Part shown: positions 19,754 through 29,217 of the stretch, piece after piece
Position numbering within the stretch: position 1 is the first letter of the stretch
How the letters are laid out: each line of letters begins with the position of its first letter
Source of the DNA: Vulcanimicrobiota bacterium
Lineage (GTDB): Bacteria; Vulcanimicrobiota; Vulcanimicrobiia; Vulcanimicrobiales; Vulcanimicrobiaceae
Length of the DNA: 64,000 nt
Direction: 5' to 3'
Assembly (NCBI GenBank): GCA_963714015.1
Contig: OY970223.1
Span: 3,360,001 to 3,424,000 of the forward strand
Program-made: the position numbers and the translations under genes
Notes under the pieces: generated by a model
Seen by the model: the letters and a program-made list of their open reading frames with translations, nothing else
What the model was told of the DNA's origin: nothing
Database searches by the model: none

Positions 19754-21053
19754 GCTCCATCCACCATTCGCGCAACTCGGCGACGACGAACGTCGATCCC
19801 GTTACGACGATAAGGTCGTCGGCGGACGCGTTGCGTCGCGCGATCGTGAGCGCCTCGACCGGATCTGCAATGGCGCGCCCCCAAATGCCGAATGACTCGG
19901 CGATGCTCGCCAGACGCTGCGGCTTGGCTGCAGTTCGGCCCTGCGTTTCGAACGACGTGAAGATGTAGGAAGCGGAAAGGTCGCCGAAAGCGCGCAGAAT
20001 CTCGTGCGCATCCTTGCTTTCACCAATCGCGATCACGAATGTGTACCGTTTATCCGGAAACGTTTGCTTTAGGGCGGCCACGAGATGCGCTGCCTTATCC
20101 GGATTGTGCGCAACGTCGAACACGACGCCCGGATGGGAAGAGAAGTATTCCATGCGCCCCATCAACCGCGTTGCCGACAGACCGCGCTCTACGTCTTCCT
20201 TATTCGGGCGGAGCGTCTCGGGAAGCTGCTCGAGCGCGAGGATCGCCGTTGCAGCATTGAGTCGTTGAAAGTCCCCCAGCAACGGAAGAGCAACGTCGTA
20301 TTTTGCCTGCGGTGTGGATACGGTGAAGTGCTGCCCGCCGTATCCGGTCTCGTCGATCAGCGTTATATGCACGCTGTCGGGGACGGAGATGAACGGCGCG
20401 CCGGCGCTGCGGCACGCCTCCTCGATAACAGCGCGAGCGCCGGCGTGATCGACGGCGCTGACCAGCGGTACCCCGGGTTTCGCTATTCCGGCTTTGTCGG
20501 CGGCGATCTCTTCCAGCGTGTCGCCGAGAATCTCCATGTGATCCAGACCTACGTTCGTAATGATGCTCACGCGCGGGCGCAGCACGTTCGTACCGTCAAG
20601 CTTTCCGCCGATCCCCACTTCGATTACGGCGGCGTCGACACGCTCGTTCGCAAAATATGAAAACGCCAGCGCCAGCAGCGTCTCGTAATAGGAAGGGCGC
20701 GAAAACCGTTGCGTCGTCGATTCGATTGCCGGCATCATTGCAGTGAGGAGATCCGCGAACGCCTCTTCGGAAATGGCTGCGCCGTCGATTTGCGCGCGCT
20801 CGACTATCGATTGCAAGTGCGGCTTTGTATGCAGGCCGGTCCGCCGCCCGGACGCGGTCAGTACCGACGCGATCATCGTCGAAGTGGAGCCTTTTCCGCT
20901 CGTCCCTCCAACGTGCACCGCAGGATAGGCGTTTTGCGGTTCGCCCAGCTCGTGCACGAACGCCAGCATCCGATCCAACCGGGTGGGCTGGCGGCGTGAG
21001 ACGTTCTCGTTGATCGTACGGAGGAGATATGCTTTTGCTTGCGAGAAATTCAT
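19725..21053 (-). CDS. folC: Folylpolyglutamate synthase/dihydrofolate synthase
   Basis: HVGGTSGKGS, EVGIGGKLDGTN, DVAHN. Confidence 0.96.
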   Translation of the reverse strand: MNFSQAKAYLLRTINENVSRRQPTRLDRMLAFVHELGEPQNAYPAVHVGGTSGKGSTSTMIASVLTASGRRTGLHTKPHLQSIVERAQIDGAAISEEAFADLLTAMMPAIESTTQRFSRPSYYETLLALAFSYFANERVDAAVIEVGIGGKLDGTNVLRPRVSIITNVGLDHMEILGDTLEEIAADKAGIAKPGVPLVSAVDHAGARAVIEEACRSAGAPFISVPDSVHITLIDETGYGGQHFTVSTPQAKYDVALPLLGDFQRLNAATAILALEQLPETLRPNKEDVERGLSATRLMGRMEYFSSHPGVVFDVAHNPDKAAHLVAALKQTFPDKRYTFVIAIGESKDAHEILRAFGDLSASYIFTSFETQGRTAAKPQRLASIAESFGIWGRAIADPVEALTIARRNASADDLIVVTGSTFVVAELREWWMEHVVAAQSSR

Positions 21054-21535
21054 CCGTCGACTACTTCACCGCCCAGCAGTTCGAGCGCGTGCGGCAGCAC
21101 GGAGAGGACGGAGTCGAGCGACTCCCCGACGGCCTTGGGACTGCCCGGAAGATTCACGATGAGGGTACGATTGCGAACACCGGCCGTCGCCCGGGAAAGC
21201 ATTGCGGTCCTTACCACCTTCATCGATTCGGCCCGAATCGCTTCCGCAATGCCGGGCACTTCATAATCCAGAATCGCCGCTGTGGCCTGGGGAGTTCTAT
21301 CGCGCCGGCCCAAGCCCGTTCCGCCGCTCGTAAGGATAAGAGAGGCGGCGCCCCTATCACACAGATCGATCAACTCGGCCTGCAGCGCGCCGGCGTCATC
21401 CGGCAGAATCGTTTCGCGTACTATCTCGTACGCGGCGCCGAGGCGTTCCCGCATCACGGGGATGCATCCGTCGGCGCGCGTCCCCGAGGCCGCGCGATCC
21501 GAGAGCACGACTAACGCCACTTTATTCTTCGTCAC
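21050..21535 (-). CDS. mog: Molybdopterin adenylyltransferase (MogA/MoaB family)
   Basis: TSGGTG..RDRTP, NLPGSP. Confidence 0.93.
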   Translation of the reverse strand: MTKNKVALVVLSDRAASGTRADGCIPVMRERLGAAYEIVRETILPDDAGALQAELIDLCDRGAASLILTSGGTGLGRRDRTPQATAAILDYEVPGIAEAIRAESMKVVRTAMLSRATAGVRNRTLIVNLPGSPKAVGESLDSVLSVLPHALELLGGEVVDG

Positions 21536-22019
21536 GGCGCTCTGGCGCAGCAGAGTATTCGAACGTGCCGCTCTTTCCGCCCGTTTTTCGCAGCAAGCGA
21601 ACGGATTCCACCGTAATGGCCTTAGAGATCGCTTTCGTCATGTCGTAAATCGTCAACGCCGCGATCGACGCGGCAACCAACGCTTCCATCTCGGCGCCGG
21701 TTTGTGCCGTGGTCCGCGCCTCGGCCTCAATTGTAAGCACGTCACCGTCCCATCCGAAGTTCACGTCCACCTTGGCCAGCGGTATGTTATGCGCGAGGGG
21801 AATAAGCGACGGTGTCTGCTTTGCAGCCAATATTCCGGCCACTTGAGCGGCCGAAAACGCGTCGCCCTTTGCCAACGTCGCATCGCGCAGGGCGGTTGCG
21901 GCCTGCGGCCCCAACCGGACGCGCGCCTGCGCCAGCGCGGTTCGAAGCGTCGGGGTTTTCCCCGAAACGTCTACCATGAAAATGCTGCCGTCGGCGGCGA
22001 TATGTGAGGGTTTCTGCAC
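21522..22019 (-). CDS. moaC: Cyclic pyranopterin monophosphate synthase
   Basis: MVDVSGK, LIPLAH, TGAEMEAL, YDMTKA, KTGGKSG. Confidence 0.96.
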   Translation of the reverse strand: MQKPSHIAADGSIFMVDVSGKTPTLRTALAQARVRLGPQAATALRDATLAKGDAFSAAQVAGILAAKQTPSLIPLAHNIPLAKVDVNFGWDGDVLTIEAEARTTAQTGAEMEALVAASIAALTIYDMTKAISKAITVESVRLLRKTGGKSGTFEYSAAPERRDEE

Positions 22020-22042
22020 GGTAATGAAAAAACGAGCGAGAA

Positions 22043-23227
22043 ATGTCCACAGCGGAAGGTCTTCGCGGGAGTTCTAGCCCCGAGTCCGCGGCCCTCGGTG
22101 AAGTGCTGGCATTCTTCGGCACGGTCGCCGACTATGCCGCGGGCGCGCCGTCCGGCCAGGCGGAACGAATCGCCGGCGCGGCCGTAGGCATGGGCGCGTT
22201 AGCGGGTATGCCGCAAGAAGATCTCGACGCGCTGCACTTCGCAGCGCGTCTACGCAATCTCGGCGCGCTTGGAAATGCCGCTTTTTCGAAAAGCGATGTT
22301 CTGCCCAATCGCGGGCGCAACATGGTGTTGTGGGATATTCCGCCCGACGGCGCTCGTATCTGCGAGCGCATTGCAGCGCTTCCTCCGGCGGTTGCCGATA
22401 TCGTACGATGGCAAGGCGAGTGCTGGGACGGCACCGGTTATCCGGATCAACTTCGCTGGTCGGGCGTCCCGCAGACCGCCGGTCTATTGCATGTCGCCTC
22501 GGTATTCGCTGCGGCTGCCGAACCGGACGAGGGATTCACGGCGGTATCGGCCGAGAGCGGCCGAACCTTCGCGCCCGAGCATGTCCGAACGTTTGTGACG
22601 TGGTTTCACACTTACGGCGGCGAAATCGAAATCGTTCCAATGCCGATCGACGTCTTGGACGCTGCGAGGACGAAGCCCATGCAAGTCATCGAGATGCTTT
22701 CAGAACGCGTGGACGCCCATAACGGTACGCCGCTGCGCGCGCAGAGGATAACTCGCCGCATCGGCGACGTCGCGCGGGCGCTTCAGATCGACGATCGCTC
22801 GTCGCGAGTCGCCCAGCTTTGCGCACTGACGTTCGGCATCGGCGAGTTGCGCTCCGCGGAAGTCGAATCGCAGCAATTCGATCCGCTTGCGCGTCTGGGA
22901 ATAGAAACGCGCGCCGCGCACGCCGTCGCGGCGGCACAATTGGCGGACTGCTGCACCTTTGTGAAAGAAGCGGTGCCCGTTTTGCGCGCGCGGGCGGAGT
23001 GGTACGACGGCACCGGCCGCCCCGATCGCCTCCGTAGCGACGGCATTCCGCCGGAGGCAAGAATCCTCGCGGCGGTGATCGCTTTCGACGCTTTGGACGA
23101 CGCCTTTCGCAGCAGAATCACCGAAGAACGTGCGCTGCCGATCTCCCGGTTGGAGACGGCTGCGGGAACGCAGTTCGATCCGCAAGTGGTGCGCGCGCTT
23201 GCCGGCGTGCTGCAGGCCCGCGCGTGA
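22043..23227 (+). CDS. Tandem HD-GYP-like protein with degenerate metal sites
   Basis: ECWDGTGYPDQL and EWYDGTGRPDRL, AGTQFDPQVV; no HD dyads. Confidence 0.8.
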   Translation: MSTAEGLRGSSSPESAALGEVLAFFGTVADYAAGAPSGQAERIAGAAVGMGALAGMPQEDLDALHFAARLRNLGALGNAAFSKSDVLPNRGRNMVLWDIPPDGARICERIAALPPAVADIVRWQGECWDGTGYPDQLRWSGVPQTAGLLHVASVFAAAAEPDEGFTAVSAESGRTFAPEHVRTFVTWFHTYGGEIEIVPMPIDVLDAARTKPMQVIEMLSERVDAHNGTPLRAQRITRRIGDVARALQIDDRSSRVAQLCALTFGIGELRSAEVESQQFDPLARLGIETRAAHAVAAAQLADCCTFVKEAVPVLRARAEWYDGTGRPDRLRSDGIPPEARILAAVIAFDALDDAFRSRITEERALPISRLETAAGTQFDPQVVRALAGVLQARA

Positions 23228-24138
23228 TCGAGCTTCGCGAGCGCACTCGGCGCATCTCGCCCTCACGGCTCGAAGAATTGCTGCGGCGCTACGATTGCAC
23301 CAGCGTCGTGGATCCGTTCATGGGTCTCCCAACCCACTTGAATTACCTCAAACGCCATTCGTTTGCCGTCCATGGCGGCGACCTGGTCGAATGGTTCGTG
23401 CGCGTCGGCGAAGGCATCGTCGTCAACGACTTCACGTTCCTGCGCGATAGTGAAGTGGCCGAAATCGTCGAGATGCTCCCCGGACGGATCTACTCGGTCG
23501 ACATGTTCAAAGCGTGGGAAGGCGTCTTCTTTACGGAAGAGCAGTGCATCTATCTGGGCGTTTGGCACGACAACGTGCACAATCTTCGCAGCGATGGGCA
23601 AACCGGACTCGCCGTGCTGGGCCTGTGGAACGTCCTTTGCTACTGGCTGCAGAAAACGCACTATCCCGACGACATGCAGGACGTGCTCCCGAGCGAGCTC
23701 GCGTGGAACTACATCCGCAAGACCGAACAATGGGTCACGAGCAATTTGCGCCGCAATACGGTGCGCCAAGCGGACGTTCTGACCACGATTGCCTCAAACG
23801 AGGCAGATGCGCTCTTCCTCTCGCCGCCCGCGCGAAACTCGTTCCGCAGCGCCGACGCGCGCATTTGGATGTGGGAAGCATGGTGGCAAGGGAACCCATA
23901 TTACAACATCGAGCACGTCTACCGCGACTCTCTCTTCGGCCGCGAGAGTTCCGATGAGGCAGGGTACGCGCGCGCCATCGCCGGCGTGCTCTCCAACGCG
24001 AAGAACTACCCGGTGGTAATCTTGCAAACCACGGAACAGCGCCTGCACGAATTCGAACCTTATATGCGCAACGCGCGTCCCGGCGTAGAGATCTTCGCTC
24101 CCTACCCGAGCGAAGTCTATCTGATCGGAACGCGTTAA
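23224..24138 (+). CDS. DNA methyltransferase-like protein, degenerate motifs
   Basis: VVDPFMG (motif I-like), LFLSPPA (motif IV-like); GTGA overlap with upstream gene. Confidence 0.6.
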   Translation: MIELRERTRRISPSRLEELLRRYDCTSVVDPFMGLPTHLNYLKRHSFAVHGGDLVEWFVRVGEGIVVNDFTFLRDSEVAEIVEMLPGRIYSVDMFKAWEGVFFTEEQCIYLGVWHDNVHNLRSDGQTGLAVLGLWNVLCYWLQKTHYPDDMQDVLPSELAWNYIRKTEQWVTSNLRRNTVRQADVLTTIASNEADALFLSPPARNSFRSADARIWMWEAWWQGNPYYNIEHVYRDSLFGRESSDEAGYARAIAGVLSNAKNYPVVILQTTEQRLHEFEPYMRNARPGVEIFAPYPSEVYLIGTR

Positions 24139-24264
24139 TGCGCTCTATGCTCCGAGCGTCGAACGGCATCCCAGCCCACCAAGCCTGACGGCCTATTCTA
24201 GGTCATCCAAACGGCCGGTTTCGGAGAAGCGAAGATTTTAGGGAGTTAGCGAGAATACCGCAAC

Positions 24265-24549
24265 ATGGATTTGAGCGGGTGCTTCGCTATCACGGGTGCG
24301 GTCGTGCTGTTGGCAACATTGGCCGCGGTGTGCGTCATAAGGCGGCGCCGCCAACCGTGGAACGCTGCGCTCCAGGCAGGTTCGACGGTCATGTGGTGTT
24401 GTACGGCGGGCTATTATTTGACGGCTTCCCATTTAATCTGGCCGTACTTTGGTGCGGCACTGGGGTTGGTTTGCGCTGCGGCCAACGCTGCGATGCTGAT
24501 TAAAACCATGCGCGGACAGCGCTCGGCGACCGTGGCGGCTAAATACTAG
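24265..24549 (+). CDS. Small membrane protein
   Basis: Three hydrophobic segments. Confidence 0.5.
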   Translation: MDLSGCFAITGAVVLLATLAAVCVIRRRRQPWNAALQAGSTVMWCCTAGYYLTASHLIWPYFGAALGLVCAAANAAMLIKTMRGQRSATVAAKY

Positions 24550-24840
24550 ATGCAAATAGATCCGAGCGGGTGGAATTTGAACACCTGGTTGATAGCGGCG
24601 GCCATAGCGATCTACTTGGGCACAGTGATCGTAGCGATAACATTCCGCCGGTACAGTCAATGGCGACTGGCGGTGAGTGTCAGCGAGATCATTTTTCTCA
24701 TCCTCGCAGCGGGATGGGCGTTCACGTGGCCGGTGCATTTTTGGTTGTCGTACTGCGTTGGCTCGCTGTGCGCAGCTCTTGCAATCCTCAACCTTTACCA
24801 GCTGTTCAAATCCGGACGCCGCACCCGCGCCCCCCAGTAA
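24550..24840 (+). CDS. Small membrane protein
   Basis: Three hydrophobic segments; starts immediately after the previous stop. Confidence 0.55.
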   Translation: MQIDPSGWNLNTWLIAAAIAIYLGTVIVAITFRRYSQWRLAVSVSEIIFLILAAGWAFTWPVHFWLSYCVGSLCAALAILNLYQLFKSGRRTRAPQ

Positions 24841-24883
24841 AGTTGCTTGTTCGCTCGAGCTTAGGAAGCAACCGGAACGAGAA

Positions 24884-25081
24884 CTAGCTGCGAACGGCAG
24901 CACTGGGGGACATTCGCGCCCAGGCGAAGCAAAGCAGCGCAATCACCGCATAGAGAATCGTATGCTTCGTATGCGGTCTGCCGTCGAAGCCCAGCGTGTG
25001 ATTGAAATGCAGAACGCCCGTAGCGGCGCAGATTGCGGCCAGAACGAAGATGACGCCGAGAACGACGGCTAAGGTTTTCAT
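24884..25081 (-). CDS. Small two-TM membrane protein
   Basis: Hydrophobic-loop-hydrophobic; ATGA overlap with uppP stop. Confidence 0.6.
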   Translation of the reverse strand: MKTLAVVLGVIFVLAAICAATGVLHFNHTLGFDGRPHTKHTILYAVIALLCFAWARMSPSAAVRS

Positions 25082-25939
25082 CGGATAACTCCCTTGCTAG
25101 CAAGTGCGAGACAGACTGCGCCGAAAATCAGGCAATACCAGCCGAACGGCCGCAGGTCGTTGTTCTTGAAATAGCGGACCAAAAACGATACGGAAGCGTA
25201 TGCGGCAACGCCGGCCAAAACTCCGCCGGCGATCGCTTCGAGCAGCACGACGTGCGCGCCCGGAACGATCAAGTCGGGAACTTCAAGCAAGCCGGCAGCT
25301 GAGAATCACGGGCGTAGCCAGCAAGAACGAATAGTTTGCCGCATCCTCGTGATTCAGATCGGCGAGCAAACCGGCGACGATCGATGCGCCCGACCGCGAA
25401 ATGCCCGGGAAAAGAGCGAGCGATTGTCCGATGCCCACGCCGGCGCTCTCGAACCAAGAAAGCTTCTCGATTTTCTTATTTGGACGGTGCAGCTGCATCT
25501 TTTGCCTGCGGCGCAGATACTCGCCCAAGAACATGATGAAAGCGTTGATGATCAAAAAGATCGCGGCGGTCCGAGCACTCCCGAAGAAGTGACGCACCGG
25601 ATCCTTGAGCACGACGCCCAGGATACCCACGGGAATCGTACCTACTATCAGTAGCCATGCGATCTTTTCGTCGGGATCTTCGCCGATTTTGCCGCGCACG
25701 ATACTTACGACGAACGCCCGAATCAACCGGACCCACACTCGCCGGTAGAAAATGACAAGCGCAAGCGCCGTGCCCAAATGCAAGACCGTAACGAAAGCAA
25801 GGAACGTCGGATCGGAACGGTCGATGTTCCGCCACTGCAGCAAGGCCGGGATGAGGATGGTTTGACCGAGGCTGCTGACCGGAAACAGCTCACTCACGCC
25901 TTGTAAGAGCGCTAACGCAATGGCTTGGACGAACGACAC
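25078..25939 (-). CDS. uppP: Undecaprenyl-diphosphate phosphatase (frameshift at ~25300)
   Basis: QGVSELFPVSS, PGISRSG; C-terminus FGWYC in the +1 frame. Confidence 0.9.
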
Positions 25940-25996
25940 TCGGGCGTGGTTACGTCACCGGGAGGATTGCTCCTTGGGACGCCTAAGCCGCAAAAC

Positions 25997-26398
25997 GTGG
26001 ACGATAACCACACTGAGCCGCGTGCCGATGGCGACAAGCAGTACGGACATCACCGAGAGTTCGAACGCGTCGACGACACGCTGCTGGTTTCGTACAGCAT
26101 CTCCGACGACTTCGCGCCGGAGTTCACCGAAACGTACGACATCGCGCTCGGCGGCATGGCAATGATCACCAACGCCGAGCTGCACAAAGACGCACCCATC
26201 ACCGTTCAACTCGAACTGCGCGGCGACGCTCGTCCGCTGATACGCCTCAACGGCATGGTCCGCTGGTCGCGTTTCGATCCCATGCTGCAGCGCTATCGCA
26301 CCGGCGTCGCGTTCATCGATCTCGACGACGACACCAAACAAGACCTCACCCGCTATATCGACACGCTTCGCCTCTTACGCGACATGGGCGTGATCTAA
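25997..26398 (+). CDS. PilZ domain protein
   Basis: HREFER (RxxxR) and DIALGG (DxSxxG-like) motifs; start uncertain. Confidence 0.8.
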   Translation: MDDNHTEPRADGDKQYGHHREFERVDDTLLVSYSISDDFAPEFTETYDIALGGMAMITNAELHKDAPITVQLELRGDARPLIRLNGMVRWSRFDPMLQRYRTGVAFIDLDDDTKQDLTRYIDTLRLLRDMGVI

Positions 26399-26470
26399 GA
26401 ATTCTCGCGTGTTCCGGCGCGCGGACTCATGCTCCGATCGCGCCACTCAAGTTCAAGCGAGAGCGCTAAT

Positions 26471-26641
26471 TCGGTTTGCGGGGCAGCGGGATACGTGTCC
26501 GCAGAAGCATCTGATATTTTCGCGCCAACACGGATGTTGTTTCCTTACCGTTGCGCGAAAATTCAGTGAGCAGAAAACTGCCATGGAGGGCAGTTTTCGA
26601 GCGTCTTCGGCGGAGACGTATTCCGCTGCGCCGCAAACCGA
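26471..26641 (+). ncRNA. TwoAYGGAY-like structured RNA repeat, copy 1
   Basis: Long basal stem; loops ACGGAU and AUGGAG. Confidence 0.65.
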
Positions 26642-26719
26642 CTCAGCGATCTCGAGCGCCGCCCAGATCCTGCGTAACCCAGAGACGAAACCAGACTAAC
26701 TTCAACCGACGAGCGCTGA

Positions 26720-26893
26720 TTCAGTTTGCGGGGGCAGCGGGATACGTGTCCGCAGAAGCATCTGATATTTTCGCGCCAACACGGATGTTGTTTCCTTACC
26801 CTTCGCGAAAATTCAGTGAGCAGAAAACTGCCATGGAGGGCAGTTTTCGAGCGTCTTCTCCGGACACGTATCCCGCTGAAGCCGCAAACCGAA
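26720..26893 (+). ncRNA. TwoAYGGAY-like structured RNA repeat, copy 2
   Basis: Tandem copy about 250 bp downstream, near-identical core. Confidence 0.65.
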
Positions 26894-26903
26894 GAATGGG
26901 CGG

Positions 26904-27548
26904 TTACCATGCGGCGAAGTCGACGGTGAACGTGTACGTGCCGGCGACGGCTTTGCACGATTCGAGCTTGGGGCTGTAGGTTGCACTGCGCGCCATGTCG
27001 ACAGCGACGTTGTCGAGCCCGGAGTTCCCGGTTGATTGCGTGACGGTTGCGCCGGTGACGCGGCCTTGCGGATCGAGTGCGACCTGCACCGCGGCCGTGC
27101 CGCTGACTTTTGCGGCGCGCACGTCGGGCGGAATATCCGTTATCGGCGGCGTTGCGCTCACGGTAGGTAGTAGCGTTGCTCCGGCGCATCCCGGTGTTGA
27201 CGTGGCAAGCGGAGCTGCGGTCGATGCGGCGGGCGGAGGCGCGGACGCGACTGCGGGGCCCGGTGTTGCAAAGTGCACTGCAGGCGGACCGGAGTTCGTG
27301 CGATGCTCGATGTGCGGCGGTTGGACGCTCGAGCGGACGACGGGGGTCGGCGCGGGCGTCGGGGGCGGCGTCGGCGGCGGTGTGTGAACGATACGCGCGA
27401 TGCGCAGCGTGCGAACTTTGAACGTTTCGGGCTGCTGGGTCATGCGATCGAACAGATTCCACCGAAAGTAACCGGCGAAGATCAGGTGAACGAGCAGCGA
27501 TATCGCGATGGCGAAGAGGAAGACTTTTCGTGCGCGACCAGCGCTCAT
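26904..27548 (-). CDS. TonB family protein
   Basis: SLLVH anchor, Pro-rich linker, TonB_C (QSTGNSGLDNVA). Confidence 0.88.
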   Translation of the reverse strand: MSAGRARKVFLFAIAISLLVHLIFAGYFRWNLFDRMTQQPETFKVRTLRIARIVHTPPPTPPPTPAPTPVVRSSVQPPHIEHRTNSGPPAVHFATPGPAVASAPPPAASTAAPLATSTPGCAGATLLPTVSATPPITDIPPDVRAAKVSGTAAVQVALDPQGRVTGATVTQSTGNSGLDNVAVDMARSATYSPKLESCKAVAGTYTFTVDFAAW

Positions 27549-27563
27549 GAGCGAAGGCCTTCA

Positions 27564-27600
27564 GAAAACGTGAAGACGCTCCCTTTTGGAAGCGTCTTCA
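27564..27600 (-). terminator. Intrinsic terminator-like hairpin
   Basis: TGAAGACGCT...AGCGTCTTCA followed by CGTTTTC. Confidence 0.5.
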
Positions 27601-27617
27601 TCCGCAGAACGGCGGAC

Positions 27618-28352
27618 TTAACTATTGGGGTCGAACGTGACCTTGAACAAGTACTGCCCTTCGACGGGCGTGCAGTTCACGATCTTCGGCGCGTACGTCG
27701 ATTGCTTCGCGGCAGCCACTGCCGCTTGGTCGAGCGCGGCATTGCCGGCGCTTTGAGAGACCGCCGCGTCTTCCAACGAGCCGCTGGGCGCGATCGTCAC
27801 CGTGATGTTCACGGTCACGGTTCCAAGTCCCAGTTCGCGCGCGCTGTCCGGATAATCGGGCTGCGCCTGCTGAACGACGGTCGCGTCTTGATACGGCGTC
27901 TTACAAGCGGGGTGCGGCGTTTCGGGCGGTCCTACGGACGCCGGAGGCGCGGGCGGCGCGGTACCCTGGCCCTGCGGAACGCCGTTTTCGGCACCTTGCG
28001 TAGGCTGCTTGACCGTCTGTTCGGTCGACGTCGTGTTCGAGTTGCTGTGCGTGTGCACCAAGTTCACTCTGAGCTTGGGCTGCGGCGCCTGCTTGACCTG
28101 AGGCTGAGGCGTCGATTTCGGCGGCGGCGTCGGTGTGGGGGGCGGCGTCGGCGGCGGTGTCGGCGGCTTCACGATGATCTTCTTTGTGACGGAGACCTTC
28201 TCGACTTGCTGTGATTCGGACGACTGCGTCATGTTCTTGAGGAACGGCGCAAAGACGAAGTGAATCCCGAGCGAGATTAGGAACGCCCATCCGAGAAAGC
28301 TCCGGACCCGCTCGCCGGTGGTGATGAACGGCGAATCATTCTTGTTCGGCAT
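27618..28352 (-). CDS. TonB family protein
   Basis: SLGIH anchor, PPT repeats, PDYPDSAR, QSAGNAALDQAA. Confidence 0.9.
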   Translation of the reverse strand: MPNKNDSPFITTGERVRSFLGWAFLISLGIHFVFAPFLKNMTQSSESQQVEKVSVTKKIIVKPPTPPPTPPPTPTPPPKSTPQPQVKQAPQPKLRVNLVHTHSNSNTTSTEQTVKQPTQGAENGVPQGQGTAPPAPPASVGPPETPHPACKTPYQDATVVQQAQPDYPDSARELGLGTVTVNITVTIAPSGSLEDAAVSQSAGNAALDQAAVAAAKQSTYAPKIVNCTPVEGQYLFKVTFDPNS

Positions 28353-28355
28353 CGT

Positions 28356-28769
28356 TTAGGTCTTGCTTCCCTCGATCTTGTTCGCCAAGCCGAACTCCGT
28401 GAGGTTTTCCTGTTTGGCGGCATCCATCACGAGGAGAATCGTCCCGTAGTCGGCCTTCGGATCCGCCTTGATGATCACGCTCTTGAAGCGGTCTCCCGTA
28501 TTCGCTTGGAGCGTCGCGAAAGCGTCTTTCGCGTCCTTGATGTTGACGACGTTGGAGCCGATTTCGACGTTGTTCTTGTCGTCCACAATCACCACGAGCT
28601 GAGACGCCACCACTTTGTCGCGGTTCTTCGCCAGGGGCAGCGGCGGCTCTTTAGTAACCGACGCCAGAATGATGAAGATGATCAGGAGCACCAACAGCAC
28701 GTCCGTGAAGGGCGTGATGTTGATGGTCGACATGACTTCTTCTTCACCTTGACCAGTAGAAACGGCCAC
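28356..28769 (-). CDS. exbD: ExbD/TolR family protein
   Basis: INITPFTDVLLVLLIIF, IKADPKADYG. Confidence 0.92.
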   Translation of the reverse strand: MAVSTGQGEEEVMSTINITPFTDVLLVLLIIFIILASVTKEPPLPLAKNRDKVVASQLVVIVDDKNNVEIGSNVVNIKDAKDAFATLQANTGDRFKSVIIKADPKADYGTILLVMDAAKQENLTEFGLANKIEGSKT

Positions 28770-28788
28770 GGATTACTTCAAACCTCCA

Positions 28789-29199
28789 CTAACCGGTGAC
28801 GAATCCGACATCCTCCAGACCGGCGATCTTCGCGGCGTCGAGGATGCGGATGATGATGCCGTAAGGAGCCTTCGTGTCGGCGATGATGTCCACGTGTTTG
28901 TTGCCGCGTTTGGCCCGTTCCCGCAGCATCGTGTCGTAGATACCATTTTGATCGGTGCGCGTGCCGTCGACGAAGATGACGCCTTTGTTGTTGACCGTGA
29001 TCTCGATGTTTTCTTTGGGCTTATTTTGCTGCGAGGGGTTGTTGTTGTTGTTCGGCAGCTCTTTTTCGAAGCCCGGCGGCGTGACGAGGGCGGCCAGAAT
29101 CATGAAGATGATGAGCAAAACGAGCAGCACGTCGGTGAACGGCGTGATGTTGATCTCCGCCATCACCTCTTCGTCTTGTTTTGCCGAAAGCAGGCTCAC
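28789..29199 (-). CDS. exbD: ExbD/TolR family protein
   Basis: EINITPFTDVLLVLLIIFM, IADTKAPYG. Confidence 0.92.
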   Translation of the reverse strand: MSLLSAKQDEEVMAEINITPFTDVLLVLLIIFMILAALVTPPGFEKELPNNNNNPSQQNKPKENIEITVNNKGVIFVDGTRTDQNGIYDTMLRERAKRGNKHVDIIADTKAPYGIIIRILDAAKIAGLEDVGFVTG

Positions 29200-29217
29200 G
29201 AAACGATCCTAGCGAGC

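Noticed and set aside
23224..24138. Restriction-modification system
   Set aside because: No nuclease or specificity gene, and the catalytic motif is degenerate
26510..26580. Hammerhead ribozyme (CTGA..GAAA)
   Set aside because: CUGAUGA core is incomplete and those bases pair within a stem
26450..26900. CRISPR array or short ORFs in the repeat
   Set aside because: Units are ~250 bp with no spacer pattern and no cas genes; the ORFs are incidental readings of palindromic sequence
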